A stretch of DNA of 64,000 bases from Sarea resinae (lineage: Eukaryota), in contig JAPEUD010000020.1 of the NCBI GenBank assembly GCA_026026165.1, positions 124,001-188,000 of the forward strand. The letters are read 5' to 3'. The notes under the pieces are model-generated. The model did not search any database, was not told the DNA's origin, and saw only the letters and a program-made list of their open reading frames with translations. Below, one piece after another: positions 1-11,542 of the stretch. Each line of letters starts with the position of its first letter. Positions within the stretch are counted from its first letter, which is position 1. The position numbers and the translations under genes were made by a program.

Positions 1-1257
1 GGATACAGAATCGGACAGGAACGGTGTTTACCACTCTTTAGGTAGATACTCACTCTCGAAATTTCCCTTCACAGGCTGATGAGTCAAAGGCATATTGGAG
101 AACCTCTCATCGCAAACGGCTATTGCAGACAAGATTGGACAAGATACATCTATCATGCCATGGCTGTTGAGCCGAATGCAAAAGCGAGAATCCCCAGTGG
201 GACAAAATAAACAATATGCCGCCGAAGTCCTCGCCATACTACTTCAAACATCTCTCCTCAACCGAAAGCGCCTCGTCGAGCTTGATGGCTTGGATGCTCT
301 GCTGCAGCTCGTGAGTGGGTATCGTAAGAGGGACCCGGCAAAGGGGACAGAGGAAGAGGAATTTGTGGAAAATGTATTTGATTGTCTCACATGCGTAGTG
401 GACGAACCAGAAGGCAAAACAAAATTCATTGAAGCTGAAGGTGTCGAGCTCTGTCTCATAATGCTCCGGGAGGGCAAGATGAGCAAACCCCGGGCGCTGC
501 GAGTACTTGACCATACATTGGGAGGTCAATATGGAGGTGATGCCTGCGACAAACTAGTGGAGGCGGCAGGTCTGAAGACTGTTTTTGGAATGTTCATGAA
601 AAAGGTGATTTTGCTGTTTCAAACGTCTCAGACAATCTTAAGGGTCGCTGACTTGGGCAACACAGCATGACAATCAATCCACCGAGCACCTTCTCGGGAT
701 CTTCTCGTCTCTGCTGAGACTTTTACCGGGGAACTCAGCTGGCAGGATACGGACACTGGCGAAATTCGTGGAGAAAGAATATGAGAAAATAACAAAGTTG
801 ATCAAGATACGAAGGGATTATGCCACAAGACTGGCAGCTGTGGATCAAGTAATCGCGCGGGAAAGAGCCAGCCTCAGTGCTGAGGACCAAGAAGACATGG
901 CAGATGAATGGTTCTCTAGGAGGTTAGATGCCGGACTTTTCTGCTTACAGGTTTGCTTATTCGCCGTTCTCCCCTCGATGCTTACTGATCCTTTTCAGAC
1001 GATTGATGTAATCCTGGCATGGCTTGTAGCGGAGGACGATGGGGCCAGAACACGCATCATAGCGCTCTTGGCCGAGCGGGATGAATCACTTGCGGAAGTC
1101 AAAAGAACATTGCAAGGTAGGCCACTCAATCATGCCTGAGGGTGAATTTCATCGACTCACTTCGTTTCTAGAACAACTCGAGAGCATCACGGGTGAAGGC
1201 GAAGGTGACGAGCAGTTGGTCAAGGACATGTTGAGCACTTTGATTAGCTTCTTATGA
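1..1257 (+). CDS. CTNNBL1: Beta-catenin-like protein 1 (spliceosome-associated), 5'-truncated by the window, multi-exon
   Basis: ORFs contain NKQYAAEVLAILLQ, EEEEFVENVFDCL, FIEAEGVELC and RRLDAGLFCLQ. GT-AG introns at about 42-74, 605-665, 951-998 and 1117-1171. Stop TGA at 1255-1257. Confidence 0.88.
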
Positions 1258-1839
1258 GACGGAATGAAGGCTTTCTCTGAAGAAAAGAGCTGTAAGATTA
1301 GAAGACAATTTCAAGTGCTTAGGAAGCTTCCTATGCCTGCCTATGCTGTAAAACACCAACTGAATCGACTACTCCCTTTATTGTATCTTTAATCACCAGT
1401 GAATTCTGCGTATATGGTCTCCCTCGTGTGCGTCAACGGTCGTGCACGTCGCTCTATACCTTACCGTACAGGGCGTGCACCTTTGACCGGCTGAGTCACG
1501 TGTTGAGACGTTGCTGGGGGCTAGAACTCACAGCTCGGCTTTCAAAGAACTCGCGCCTCAGTTGCCTCATTCATCACTGCGCCCAAAATCACCGACCCAT
1601 CTACCCTCACCTCAACCTCCATCACTTGCTGCTTGCTTGGAGCGGAAGCACGCAGTCTCTTGATCAAAAGCGCTCATCCACCGTTGTGCGCTGTATGTGA
1701 ACGGAGACGGAGACAACTTGAAGTCTTGTGAGGCTTCCTTCATCTCTCTCCTGCGCGCGCCACCCTCACTGGCCATTGCCACCGACTTCTCCCACCTTCG
1801 TTGAGCGCTTCGACTGCAGCCTTGGATAATCGGGACAAG

Positions 1840-4800
1840 ATGGATAGCTATGCTGAGCCTTATGAGGATGGATACTACGGTGAGGAAGAGGACGATGGGG
1901 TCACGGCTGAGGACTGCTGGACGGTCATCTCGTCGTTCTTTGAATCCAAAGGTCTTGTCTCGCAACAGCTTGACTCCTTTGACGAGTTTGTTACCACTAC
2001 GATGCAAGAACTCATCGAGGAGAATTCTCAGCTCACGCTCGACCAAAACGCCCCACAGTCGGATGATGACCGGGACCCCATCGCCTTACGACGGTATGAG
2101 ATCAAATTTGGGACCATGCTTCTCTCCAGACCGGCCATGACCGAAGGTGATGGGAGTACCAGTGTGATGTTGCCACAAGAAGCACGGCTTCGAAATCTGA
2201 CATATTCGAGTCCGCTGTACCTCGAGATGACGAAGAAGGTGATGGTTGCTCGAGAGAGGCAAGCAATTGAGCCAGCCGAGGGTGAAAACCCCGATCTCGA
2301 GGCCGAGGGCGAACGACAAGGGCCGACATACCTGGAGTGGGAAAACGAAGACGGTGATGACGACCAAGAGCCTACCAAGGTCTTCGTGGGCAAGCTCCCC
2401 GTGATGCTCAAGTCCAAGTATTGTATTCTCAGAAAGATGAGCGAGCAAGAGCTGTACGCCTTGAACGAATGTCCCTACGACCAGGGAGGATACTTCATCA
2501 TCAACGGAAGTGAAAAGGTTCTTATCGCCCAGGAGAGAAGCGCTGCAAACATCGTGCAGGTGTTCAAGAAGACAGGTTCCCCGACACCGTTCGTGGCAGA
2601 GATCCGAAGTGCAGTGGAGAAAGGTTCACGCCTCATTTCCAGCATGCAGATCAAGCTCTTCTCCAAGGGTGAGGGGAATAAGGGTGGCTTTGGGCAGACC
2701 ATCAAGTCAACGCTGCCATACATCAAGTCTGATATTCCCATCGCTATCGTGTTTCGGGCTCTAGGGGTTGTGTCTGACGAGGATATCCTGAATCACATCT
2801 GCTACGATCGCAACGATACACAGATGCTGGAGATGCTTAAACCGTGTATCGAAGAGGCCTTCGTTATCCAAGATCGGGAAGTGGCGCTTGACTTCATTGG
2901 CAAGCGTGGCAATTCGCAAGGTATCACTCGCGACAAGCGTGTCCGATATGCCCGAGATATTATGCAAAAGGAATTACTGCCTCATATTTCGCAGAAGGAG
3001 GGCAGCGAGACAAGAAAGGCTTTCTTCTTGGGATATATGATCCACCGGATGCTCCAATGTGCTCTGGGCCGCCGAGAAGTGGATGATCGGGATCATTTCG
3101 GAAAGAAGCGTCTTGATCTGGCCGGACCCCTACTTGCGAATCTCTTCCGCATGCTCTTCAACAAACTTACGAAAGATGTCTACAAGTACCTTCAAAAGTG
3201 TGTCGAGAATAACAGAGAATTCAATTTGACCCTAGGCGTCAAGTCGACAACCATTACGAATGGCTTGAAATATTCTCTGGCTACAGGTAATTGGGGTGAC
3301 CAGAAGAAGGCGGCTTCTGCAAAGGCCGGTGTCTCCCAAGTGCTCAATCGGTACACGTTTTCATCAACGCTTTCACATCTTCGGCGGACGAATACACCTA
3401 TCGGTCGTGATGGTAAAATAGCGAAGCCGAGACAATTGCACAACACGCATTGGGGTCTAGTCTGTCCAGCAGAGACACCGGAGGGACAGGCTTGTGGTCT
3501 TGTGAAGAATCTTGCGCTGATGTGCTATATCACTGTCGGTACACCCAGCGATCCAATTGTCGACTTCATGATTTCAAGAGAGATGGAAATTCTTGAGGAA
3601 TATGAGCCCCAGAGGTCGCCCAATGCTACCAAGGTTTTTGTCAACGGTGTCTGGGTGGGTATTCACCAAAATCCCGCTGAGCTTGTGAGGACAGTTCAGG
3701 AATTGCGAAGATCGCATATGATTTCACACGAAGTCAGTTTGATCCGTGACATCCGTGATCGAGAATTCAAGATCTTTTCGGACGCTGGCAGAGTCTGTCG
3801 CCCGTTGTTCGTCGTTGATAATGACCCTAAGAGCCCGAACCGAGGCAATCTGGTCCTTAACAAGTCCCACATTGCGCGCCTCGAAGAGGACAAGGAACTC
3901 GACTCGTCTCTTGAACCGGAAGAGCGGGAAGAGAAGATCTTTGGCTGGAAAGGGTTGGTTGATAGTGGTGTGGTCGAGTATGTCGACGCAGAGGAAGAGG
4001 AGACCGCGATGATAGTCATGACGCCAGAGGACCTGGAGATATCCAGGCAACTCCAGGCCGGTTATACCATTCCGGAAGATAACTCTGACCCCAACAAGCG
4101 GGTGAAGGCTCCGATCAATCCTACTGCACACACTTGGACACATTGCGAGATTCATCCTAGTATGATACTGGGTATCTGCGCCAGTATCATTCCTTTCCCT
4201 GACCACAACCAGGTTCGTATGCCTTATACTTGAAATATTATCAATACTGACAAGTCTTCTAGTCTCCTCGAAACACCTACCAGTCTGCTATGGGCAAACA
4301 AGCAATGGGTGTCTTCCTCACTAATTACGATCAGCGCATGGATACCATGGCGAACATTCTCTACTACCCTCAAAAGCCGTTGGCGACGACTCGGTCCATG
4401 GAATTTTTGAAGTTCCGCGAGCTTCCTGCCGGCCAGAATGCGATCGTGGCAATCGCCTGTTACTCCGGATATAATCAAGAAGATTCCGTCATCATGAATC
4501 AAAGCAGCATCGATCGAGGTCTGTTCCGAAGTCTCTTTTACCGGGCGTATACGGATCAGGAAAAGCGTGTTGGTATGTCTGTGGTAGAGCAATTTGAGAA
4601 GCCTTTCCGCAGCGATACGCTCAAACTCAAGCACGGGACTTACGACAAGCTGGACGACGATGGTATTGTGGCCCCCGGTGTTCGTGTTTCCGGCGAGGAT
4701 ATTATTATCGGAAAGACTGCTCCTATCGCTCCTGATGCCGAGGAGCTGGGCCAGCGCACGAAACTACACATCAAACGCGACGTTTCAACTCCACTCCGTA

Positions 4801-5715
4801 CCACCGAGAACGGCATCGTCGATCAGGTGCTTCTCACGACAAATGCAGAGGGTCTGAGGTTCGTCAAGGTCAGAATGCGGACGACCAAGATTCCTCAGAT
4901 TGGCGACAAGTTTGCTTCTCGTCATGGTCAGAAAGGTACCATTGGTATTACTTACCGCCAGGAAGATATGCCCTTCACCAGCGAAGGTGTCGTCCCTGAC
5001 ATCATCATTAACCCCCACGCCATCCCGTCCCGTATGACAATCGCTCATTTGATCGAATGCCAACTGAGCAAAGTATCATCTCTGCGTGGTTTTGAAGGCG
5101 ATGCCACCCCCTTCACAGACGTCACTGTGGACTCCGTTTCCAAACTCCTCCGCGAGCATGGTTACCAATCCCGCGGCTTCGAAGTCATGTACAACGGGCA
5201 CACAGGACGTAAGCTCCGTGCGCAAGTCTTCCTAGGCCCAACGTACTACCAGCGTCTACGACATATGGTCGACGATAAGATCCATGCTCGTGCTCGCGGC
5301 CCTGTTCAGATCCTCACAAGGCAGCCCGTGGAAGGTCGTGCGAGAGACGGTGGTCTGCGTTTTGGAGAGATGGAACGTGATTGTATGATTTCGCACGGTG
5401 CCAGCGCCTTTTTGAAGGAGCGACTCTTTGAGGTCTCGGATGCCTTCCGAGTCCACATCTGTGATATTTGTGGGCTCATGACCCCAATTGCGTGAGTCCT
5501 TCCTTTCCCTGAGAAAGTTATTATTTGCTAATCTCTTGTGCCAAATCAATAGAAATCTGAAGAAGAACTCCTTTGAATGTCGGCCCTGCAAGAACAAGAC
5601 CAAGATCTCGCAGGTTCACATCCCCTACGCGGCGAAGCTGCTTTTCCAAGAATTGGCTGCCATGAACATCGCCACACGCATGTACACTAAGCGGTCTGGG
5701 ATCACGGTCCGTTGA
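1840..5715 (+). CDS. RPB2: DNA-directed RNA polymerase II second largest subunit
   Basis: Hallmark motifs [41 protein letters not shown] and [11 protein letters not shown]. Introns at 4213-4262 and 5492-5552. Confidence 0.99.
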
Positions 5716-6646
5716 TTTATGATGATGATGGTGAGTGCGAAACAGTAGCAGCACTACAGGCCGCCTGTTCTGTAAATTTCCGGAGCTAGCAGAAGAGGGT
5801 GGATGGCGCAGGAATAGGAACAATCCTCTGATTCTTGTTCTTTTCTCTCTCCCTCCCTCCCTCACTCCCTCCCTCCGTCTCTCACAACTTTCTGCCTCCT
5901 TTTTCAAGTGTGTCTCTATCTTAAAATGCACTTTTCCATCTTTCGTCCTCCACTAGTCGGTTCAATTTAGCTTTTGTGCATGTCACATCCAGCATTTCCA
6001 GGCGTTTACTTTTCCTCCCTGTCATATTTCCTATCTCATATTTCCCCCCGAATCATTTCATTATTGCATTCAAAACCAGATTCAGAGAGAGACAGAGACC
6101 AACCACATCACATCACACCACACCATACCATCTATCTCCCTCCCATCATACCCTCTGATCTCCCCTTTTCTTTTCCCCTTAATTTTTTCTTCATTGTTTC
6201 CAAAAGGCCGGGTTGGCAGGTGCTGCGGGCTGGATGGATGGACGGAGGGCGCGTGCTCTTTTTACTCTTTTATTTTTCTTTTCGATTTCGGGTTCCGGGA
6301 TGCTGAGGGGATGGGAGTGGGGGTGCGGGTAGGTAGGGTGGGGCTCCAGATTGATATAGAGGAATGAGTGAATGGATGGATAGATGGAGAATGTACTTAT
6401 GAAATCCGAACCTGAACCTGAACCTGAACCCGGATTCATCCACCCCCTTCCCCCCAAATTAACCTCACTGTCTCGTTCGCTCCTCACTCGCTCATTGACT
6501 CTCTGGCTTTCTCGCCTTCTGGCTTTCCTGCGACCGCCACCACCACCACCACCGTCGCGACGTCGGGGCCCCGGTCCGCCGTCCTGTCCGCAGACTACTC
6601 AATCTCTGCCCGTCACCGCCAATCAATCAACGCCCTTCCCCTCCCT

Positions 6647-6742
6647 CCTCCCTTTCGCTGCCCTTTTGCCGGGAGGACGGGGAGATGGGGAACCCTCCCT
6701 TTCGCTGCCCTTTTGCCGGGAGGACGGGGAGATGGGGAACCC
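6647..6742. repeat. Perfect 47-bp tandem duplication, followed by a G17 run (6755-6771)
   Basis: cctccctttcgctgcccttttgccgggaggacggggagatggggaac occurs twice with period 47. Confidence 0.9.
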
Positions 6743-6865
6743 CGAGGGATAAAAGGGGGGGGGGGGGGGGGTGATGAGGAATCAGAGATGAAGAGACAGA
6801 TGAGAACGAGAACGAGAATAAGAATGAGATTAAGAACAGGCGGAAACGGTATGTAATAATTTACT

Positions 6866-6919
<54 letters not shown>
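6866..6919. repeat. (CA)n(GA)n compound microsatellite
   Basis: Read directly from the sequence. Confidence 0.95.
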
Positions 6920-6922
<3 letters not shown>

Positions 6923-7815
6923 GGCGGGAAAAGTGCTGAGATAGTTTGGATTTTTCTATTTTATCCATCAAAATGATTCGGTTTTCGATGTTTCGATTTT
7001 CATTTTTTCGATTTTCGTGTTCATCTCATAATACAAAAAGACAAGGCATGAACTGTACGTAGCTTGAAACATGGGATTTCGGACATGATACTGATACAGG
7101 TGAAGACACATACGCACGCACACACCCGCACCCGTTCATCCGCTTCTCTCAATCGCATCTCGCATCTCGTAGCTGTCTCTGCTCTCATGCGTTTGTATGG
7201 AGTATGGCGGGAGGCACAGAGATTGGAAAGGAAAAGGAGGGGTGATGTTCGGCTTCCGGTGTTGGGAGTAGTTCCTGCCTTTGATTCACGCACGCGGCCT
7301 TCTATCTATCCACGCCGTCCAACGATCCACCCGACTATCCCGTACACCCCTTCCGCCGCCATTCCTGTTCTCTCCTGTACACTTCACCGACTGAGCGGAT
7401 CCTGGCTCATGCCGCTCATGTCTGCATCCCCTTCACTCACGGCCGATGGATGTCGCTATATCCCACATACATCGATCGAAAAACACGGAACAAATGAAAT
7501 TAAAAAAAAGAGAAGAGAAGAAAGGGAACGATTCCCCGTATGCCTGGCATCGCTCCCCCTCACCTCTCCCTGCTGAGGAAGTCCTCGCTTGGGCATTTTT
7601 TTGGATATGGTGTCCTGGATTTGAAGGGTTGGTCGAGGCGTAGCTTAGCGGTTGGTTGAATAGGTAGGTAGGTAGGTGACTAGATAGATGGATAGATGGG
7701 TGGGAAGAGAGGGTCCAATCCAGTCCATGGCATCCACATTCTCGAAACGGAAAGAGAAGAGACAGCGAGACGCGAGAGAGGGAAGGAGAGAGCGGCAAAG
7801 CAACCAAGAAGCCAA

Positions 7816-8151
7816 TTAGACCCTAAAAGCAAGATCAGTAAGCCACACCAGCGATTCACAAATGCTTCCTTCATGTTTCATCCCTCTTCACCATCCAGCC
7901 CCATCCTCATCCCTATTCCCCCACAGGCACAGAAAGGAAAAGACAGAAACTCACGGCGGAAGCAAGACCTCGCTCCAACTACTGCCCAGGAAGGCAACGG
8001 CACCAACAAACATGCCGAGCGCAGTGACAACGGTGCGATTATCCGGCGACGTGACCTCGTTCCAGACGGTCTTTAGGGCGCCCGGTTGGCTGCCGCCTCT
8101 GCGGCCTGACGACGCCGGCTGTACGACCACGCGTTGCGTCTTTGGTGGCAT
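7816..8151 (-). CDS. TOM6: Mitochondrial import receptor subunit Tom6
   Basis: 67-aa protein with WNEVTSPDNRTVVTALGMFVGAVAFLGSSWSEVLLPP, resembling fungal Tom6. GTGAGT donor at 7954 and CTGAT...TTTAG acceptor at 7823 give a terminal P-V-stop. Confidence 0.8.
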
Positions 8152-8308
8152 CTTTATTTCGTGGGCGGTTAGGGTGGATGAGACGGTTGTGGCGGAATTG
8201 AAGTTGTAGGAGGCTTGGTGGCAGTGGTGGTCGAGGAGCTTGACGATGAATGGTAGATGGATGGATGGTAGCTGCAGATGATGCTGTTCGCAAATTATTG
8301 TTGCACTA

Positions 8309-8329
8309 TTACCTCAGCAGGCTCAGACC
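8309..8329 (+). repeat. Left terminal inverted repeat
   Basis: 20/21 identity to the reverse complement of 16108-16128. Confidence 0.92.
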
Positions 8330-8412
8330 ATAGATCACGTGGACCCGGATTAACATCCGGCCCGTTCGGATGAATGACTAATCATTCCCAAAAGGGAAAT
8401 CCACGAGATTAT

Positions 8413-8450
8413 GGTCTGAGGCAGATTTACCAACTTTGTATGGACTGAGC
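8413..8450 (+). repeat. Left subterminal inverted repeat (pairs with 16003-16041)
   Basis: ggtctgaggcagatttaccaactttgtatggactgagc versus the right-end reverse complement ggtctgaggcacttttgaccgactttgtatgggctgagc. Confidence 0.88.
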
Positions 8451-8825
8451 GCGAGTTATCAACGCGTTGCGGATATTCAACTCAGCATATCTCTGCAATC
8501 ATATCCGCAAGCATCTTCAAAACCTAATCACCTATGAAGAATATATAAGGCTATGTAATGGTCTGTTTTACATCTTATAAGGATCATTGGTTTAGGATAT
8601 CTTATGCCTCAAAGTCAAAAACGCGTTAGTAGGAGCGAGCGGCTTCAATTCTAGCGGATATGCTAATTCGTGACTGCTACAGCAATATCCGCTATATACC
8701 TGCAGCGAATGATTTCTGATACACTCTAGGTCAATTATAAGCGCCTGTGAGAGCTGTTTTTATCTGTGCCACACCTGCACAACCACCTTGCTATCGACTA
8801 TATCTGCTGTTGTTGCTTAGGTTAG

Positions 8826-11237
8826 ATGCCGCTAAAGAAACACACCTGCAGAGGGTTATATAACTGCAAGGTAGATGAAGAGATAGAGCAACAACGGCGC
8901 GATAGAATAGCCTATAATAGACTGTCAACAGACAAAGAGCGTTAAATATAGAAGCTGCAAGATAACATTTAACAGCTCTATAATGCAGACAAGGAGGAAC
9001 AACAAGAGGCTATTAACGCTATTATCCGCGCGATATATCTATATAGCAGACAGCTAGGGCAGCTGACAGCACTCTGCTAGTTGCTATATACTAAGCAAGA
9101 CTTATTCCTTGTCGCTAAGACCTTGTTTAGAAAGAGCATGATAATGCAGTCGCTCCTGTGCCTAGTCTGCAGGGCTATAGTTCTTGTTATCCTTCTGTTA
9201 AATAAGATCGGCAAAGAGCAGACCGCGCAGATAAGAGGACTCACTAGTATAAAGCCTGTTTATATAACAGGAGATAATAACAACTATCTGCTGCTTAAGG
9301 CTGTCTGCACAGGCGAATATACCTATATCCTAATGTCGCTAGAACTAGCTGTCAGCCTAAAATTAGAGCGGATATAGAAGGATGTTAGACTGCAGGCGCG
9401 GATATCGCTAGTAGTCTTAGATAAGGTGTATCTAGTGTCGAATTAGTCCTCCTTCTGCCGTTCTTATGCTAGTCTTAGCATACTGCGCGGATTACTTAGA
9501 ACTAAGCCCTGGTTCGCCTGCACTGCAACGCTAGATAATAATACGTTCGCAGATGTACGCTGACTTACAGGCTTTAAAGAAGATGTTAAGGTCGTCTGCA
9601 CTTCTATTAATTGTCTAGAACTAGCAATCGTCTGAGAATATATACGCAGAGGCGATAAGCGATCGTTCAATTGCCTCTACTTTATTATTAAAGGCTGCAG
9701 CGCTAGTATCAGGGATACTCTATCGTCTGCTGCAGATGTAACGTCTAGGACTAGCGGACTAGACGCTATAGCATCAGCTGCGCTTAGTCTAGACTGTTTA
9801 GCATCAGGTCAATATGCTAGTCAGTATTACTAGAATGATCGTCTAACTCTGCAGCGGATAATAAAGACAGTTGTCTTTATAAACAGCAAGCGATTGCTAA
9901 AGGAAGCTTGTGACAAGGTGCGCAGATAGTTGCAAGAGCGCGGATATCTAGCGCGGCTAGCAATGCAGACTATTAGAGTATACTATGCTACGCTTGCAAC
10001 GAACAACAAGGAGCAGATATAGCATGAATTTTCAGAACAACTGTCTAGGATCTAGGTATTGTTCTGCTCTGATGCAGTTGCACAAGGAGCAGATATCGCG
10101 GATATTAAGCGTGTTATCCACTTTAGTCTGTTCTGCGACCGCCTTGCGAGCCTAGTCTAGCAACGTTTTAGTCGTGCAGCACGCGGCAGCAGTCAGAAGG
10201 GTGAGGCAATACTGCTTGTTAATGACTAGTGTAAGGGTCTAAAGGTGCAGACAAACCTTAGGGGTATTAGCAAGACTGACAGTCAGCAGCGGATCAGGGC
10301 TACTGCAGCGCAGACACTTGTTTCCTTATCCTAGTCAAGTCAGCTAAGTTAAGAATACAATTGCAGAGATAGTGAGGATTCTGACAATATGAGTAATGTC
10401 TCTGTCTCTGCCTTAATCGCACTGCTAGACGAAGCAGACAGTCAACTACAGACTATGCGAGAATTGACTCTAGGAGGATCGCGTGTAGCCCTACCCGCCG
10501 AATTAAGGCCTTGTCCTGCGGATTTAAGGCCTAGAAGCGTGTATAAACAGAGAGCAGACCTTCTACGTCCGCTATATGACTTTGCGAACAAGGAAAAGGC
10601 TTGCCTGCAGCGGATATTCCTGCGGACCTTTAACAAAGACTTAGCAGATAATAGCACTAAAGAGCCTGTTCCTAGCAGACGCTGCTGTTCGAACTGCAAT
10701 CTAGAACTTCAGCTGTCTAAAAGGCCTGACTTCAGACTATTTAGCAGTGATATGCTGCGGTCAAAGAACAACAAGCACTTAATCAGCCGGATTAAGCAAT
10801 AGATATTAGACTAGGCGCGGACGAAATACAGCGATATGATTTGGATCCTAGTCCTAGGATGTGTGATTTTGTCTGATGTTGTTCAGCAGATATGCAATCA
10901 GAAGCATAGTATCTACAACGCAGAAACGCTGCTTCGCTATGCAGAATAGGATAGAGGAGACTTTAACAAGGCTAATCTAGACTTATTAGCGGCGTTTATC
11001 TGCGCGGATAGTTAGGTTCCGCGTTCATATAGGGATGCACTGATTATAGCTAATTCTCCTTTGTTACTAACGCCACTAGAGTCAAATTAACTGTCTGACC
11101 AGCCGCTAACAGCCACTAATTATCGCTGTAAATCGATGACTATTAACAAGTTAGCGTCAGACAAGGCACTAAAGAGACGGCGGCTATTAGCTCCTATTAA
11201 TATAAATAGAAATATCTGCAGCGAACAAAGGAAGTAA
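8826..11237 (+). pseudogene. RecQ-like superfamily II helicase of the transposon, many RIP stops
   Basis: One reading frame carries motif I AKTLFRKS (from AKTSFGKS), motif II DKVYLVSN* (from DEVHLVSNW), motif III PWFACTATL, motif V CSDAVAQGADIADIKRVIH, motif VI QRFSRAAR and a Zn-binding ACLQ...RCCSNC. Confidence 0.87.
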
Positions 11238-11312
11238 ACAAAGGCAGACTAAATAGCAGTGAATATCTACAGCGAACAAAGAAGGTAAACAAAGGCAGAC
11301 TAAATGACAGTG
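11211..11312. repeat. 51-bp tandem repeat, two copies, inside the transposon
   Basis: aatatctRcagcgaacaaagRaRgtaaacaaaggcagactaaatRRcagtg twice; 5 mismatches, all G/A. Confidence 0.9.
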
Positions 11313-11542
11313 AATGTGAAGCTATTCGCTTGTATAGCTGCATTAGTTAGCAGCACACCTTCGCATTCGACCTCTTTGTTCGTCTTATAACCCACCTGAC
11401 TATAACATCCTTATCAACATCCTTATCAACATTATCAGCATTATCATTATCAACATCATCAGCATTATTATTATCAACATCATCACTACCCTTATTGACA
11501 GCCTATTAGCAGCGATTATATCAGCGTTAAACAGCTACTAAG

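Noticed and set aside
1693..1839. ATGTGA start-stop uORF or GTATGT 5'UTR intron donor, and the in-frame TTG extension upstream of RPB2
   Set aside because: The readings are mutually ambiguous, and there is no clear branch site or TSS information. The ATG at 1840 gives a normal N-terminus.
8300..8311. Alternative 12-bp TSD GTTGCACTATTA
   Set aside because: It would remove TTA from the left TIR only and break TIR symmetry. A 9-bp TSD fits both ends.
8826..11237. Host RecQ/SGS1 or telomere-linked helicase gene, or a Helitron
   Set aside because: The gene is enclosed by TIRs and a TSD together with a transposase. The helicase is SF2 (DEVH), not PIF1-like, and there are no telomeric repeats.
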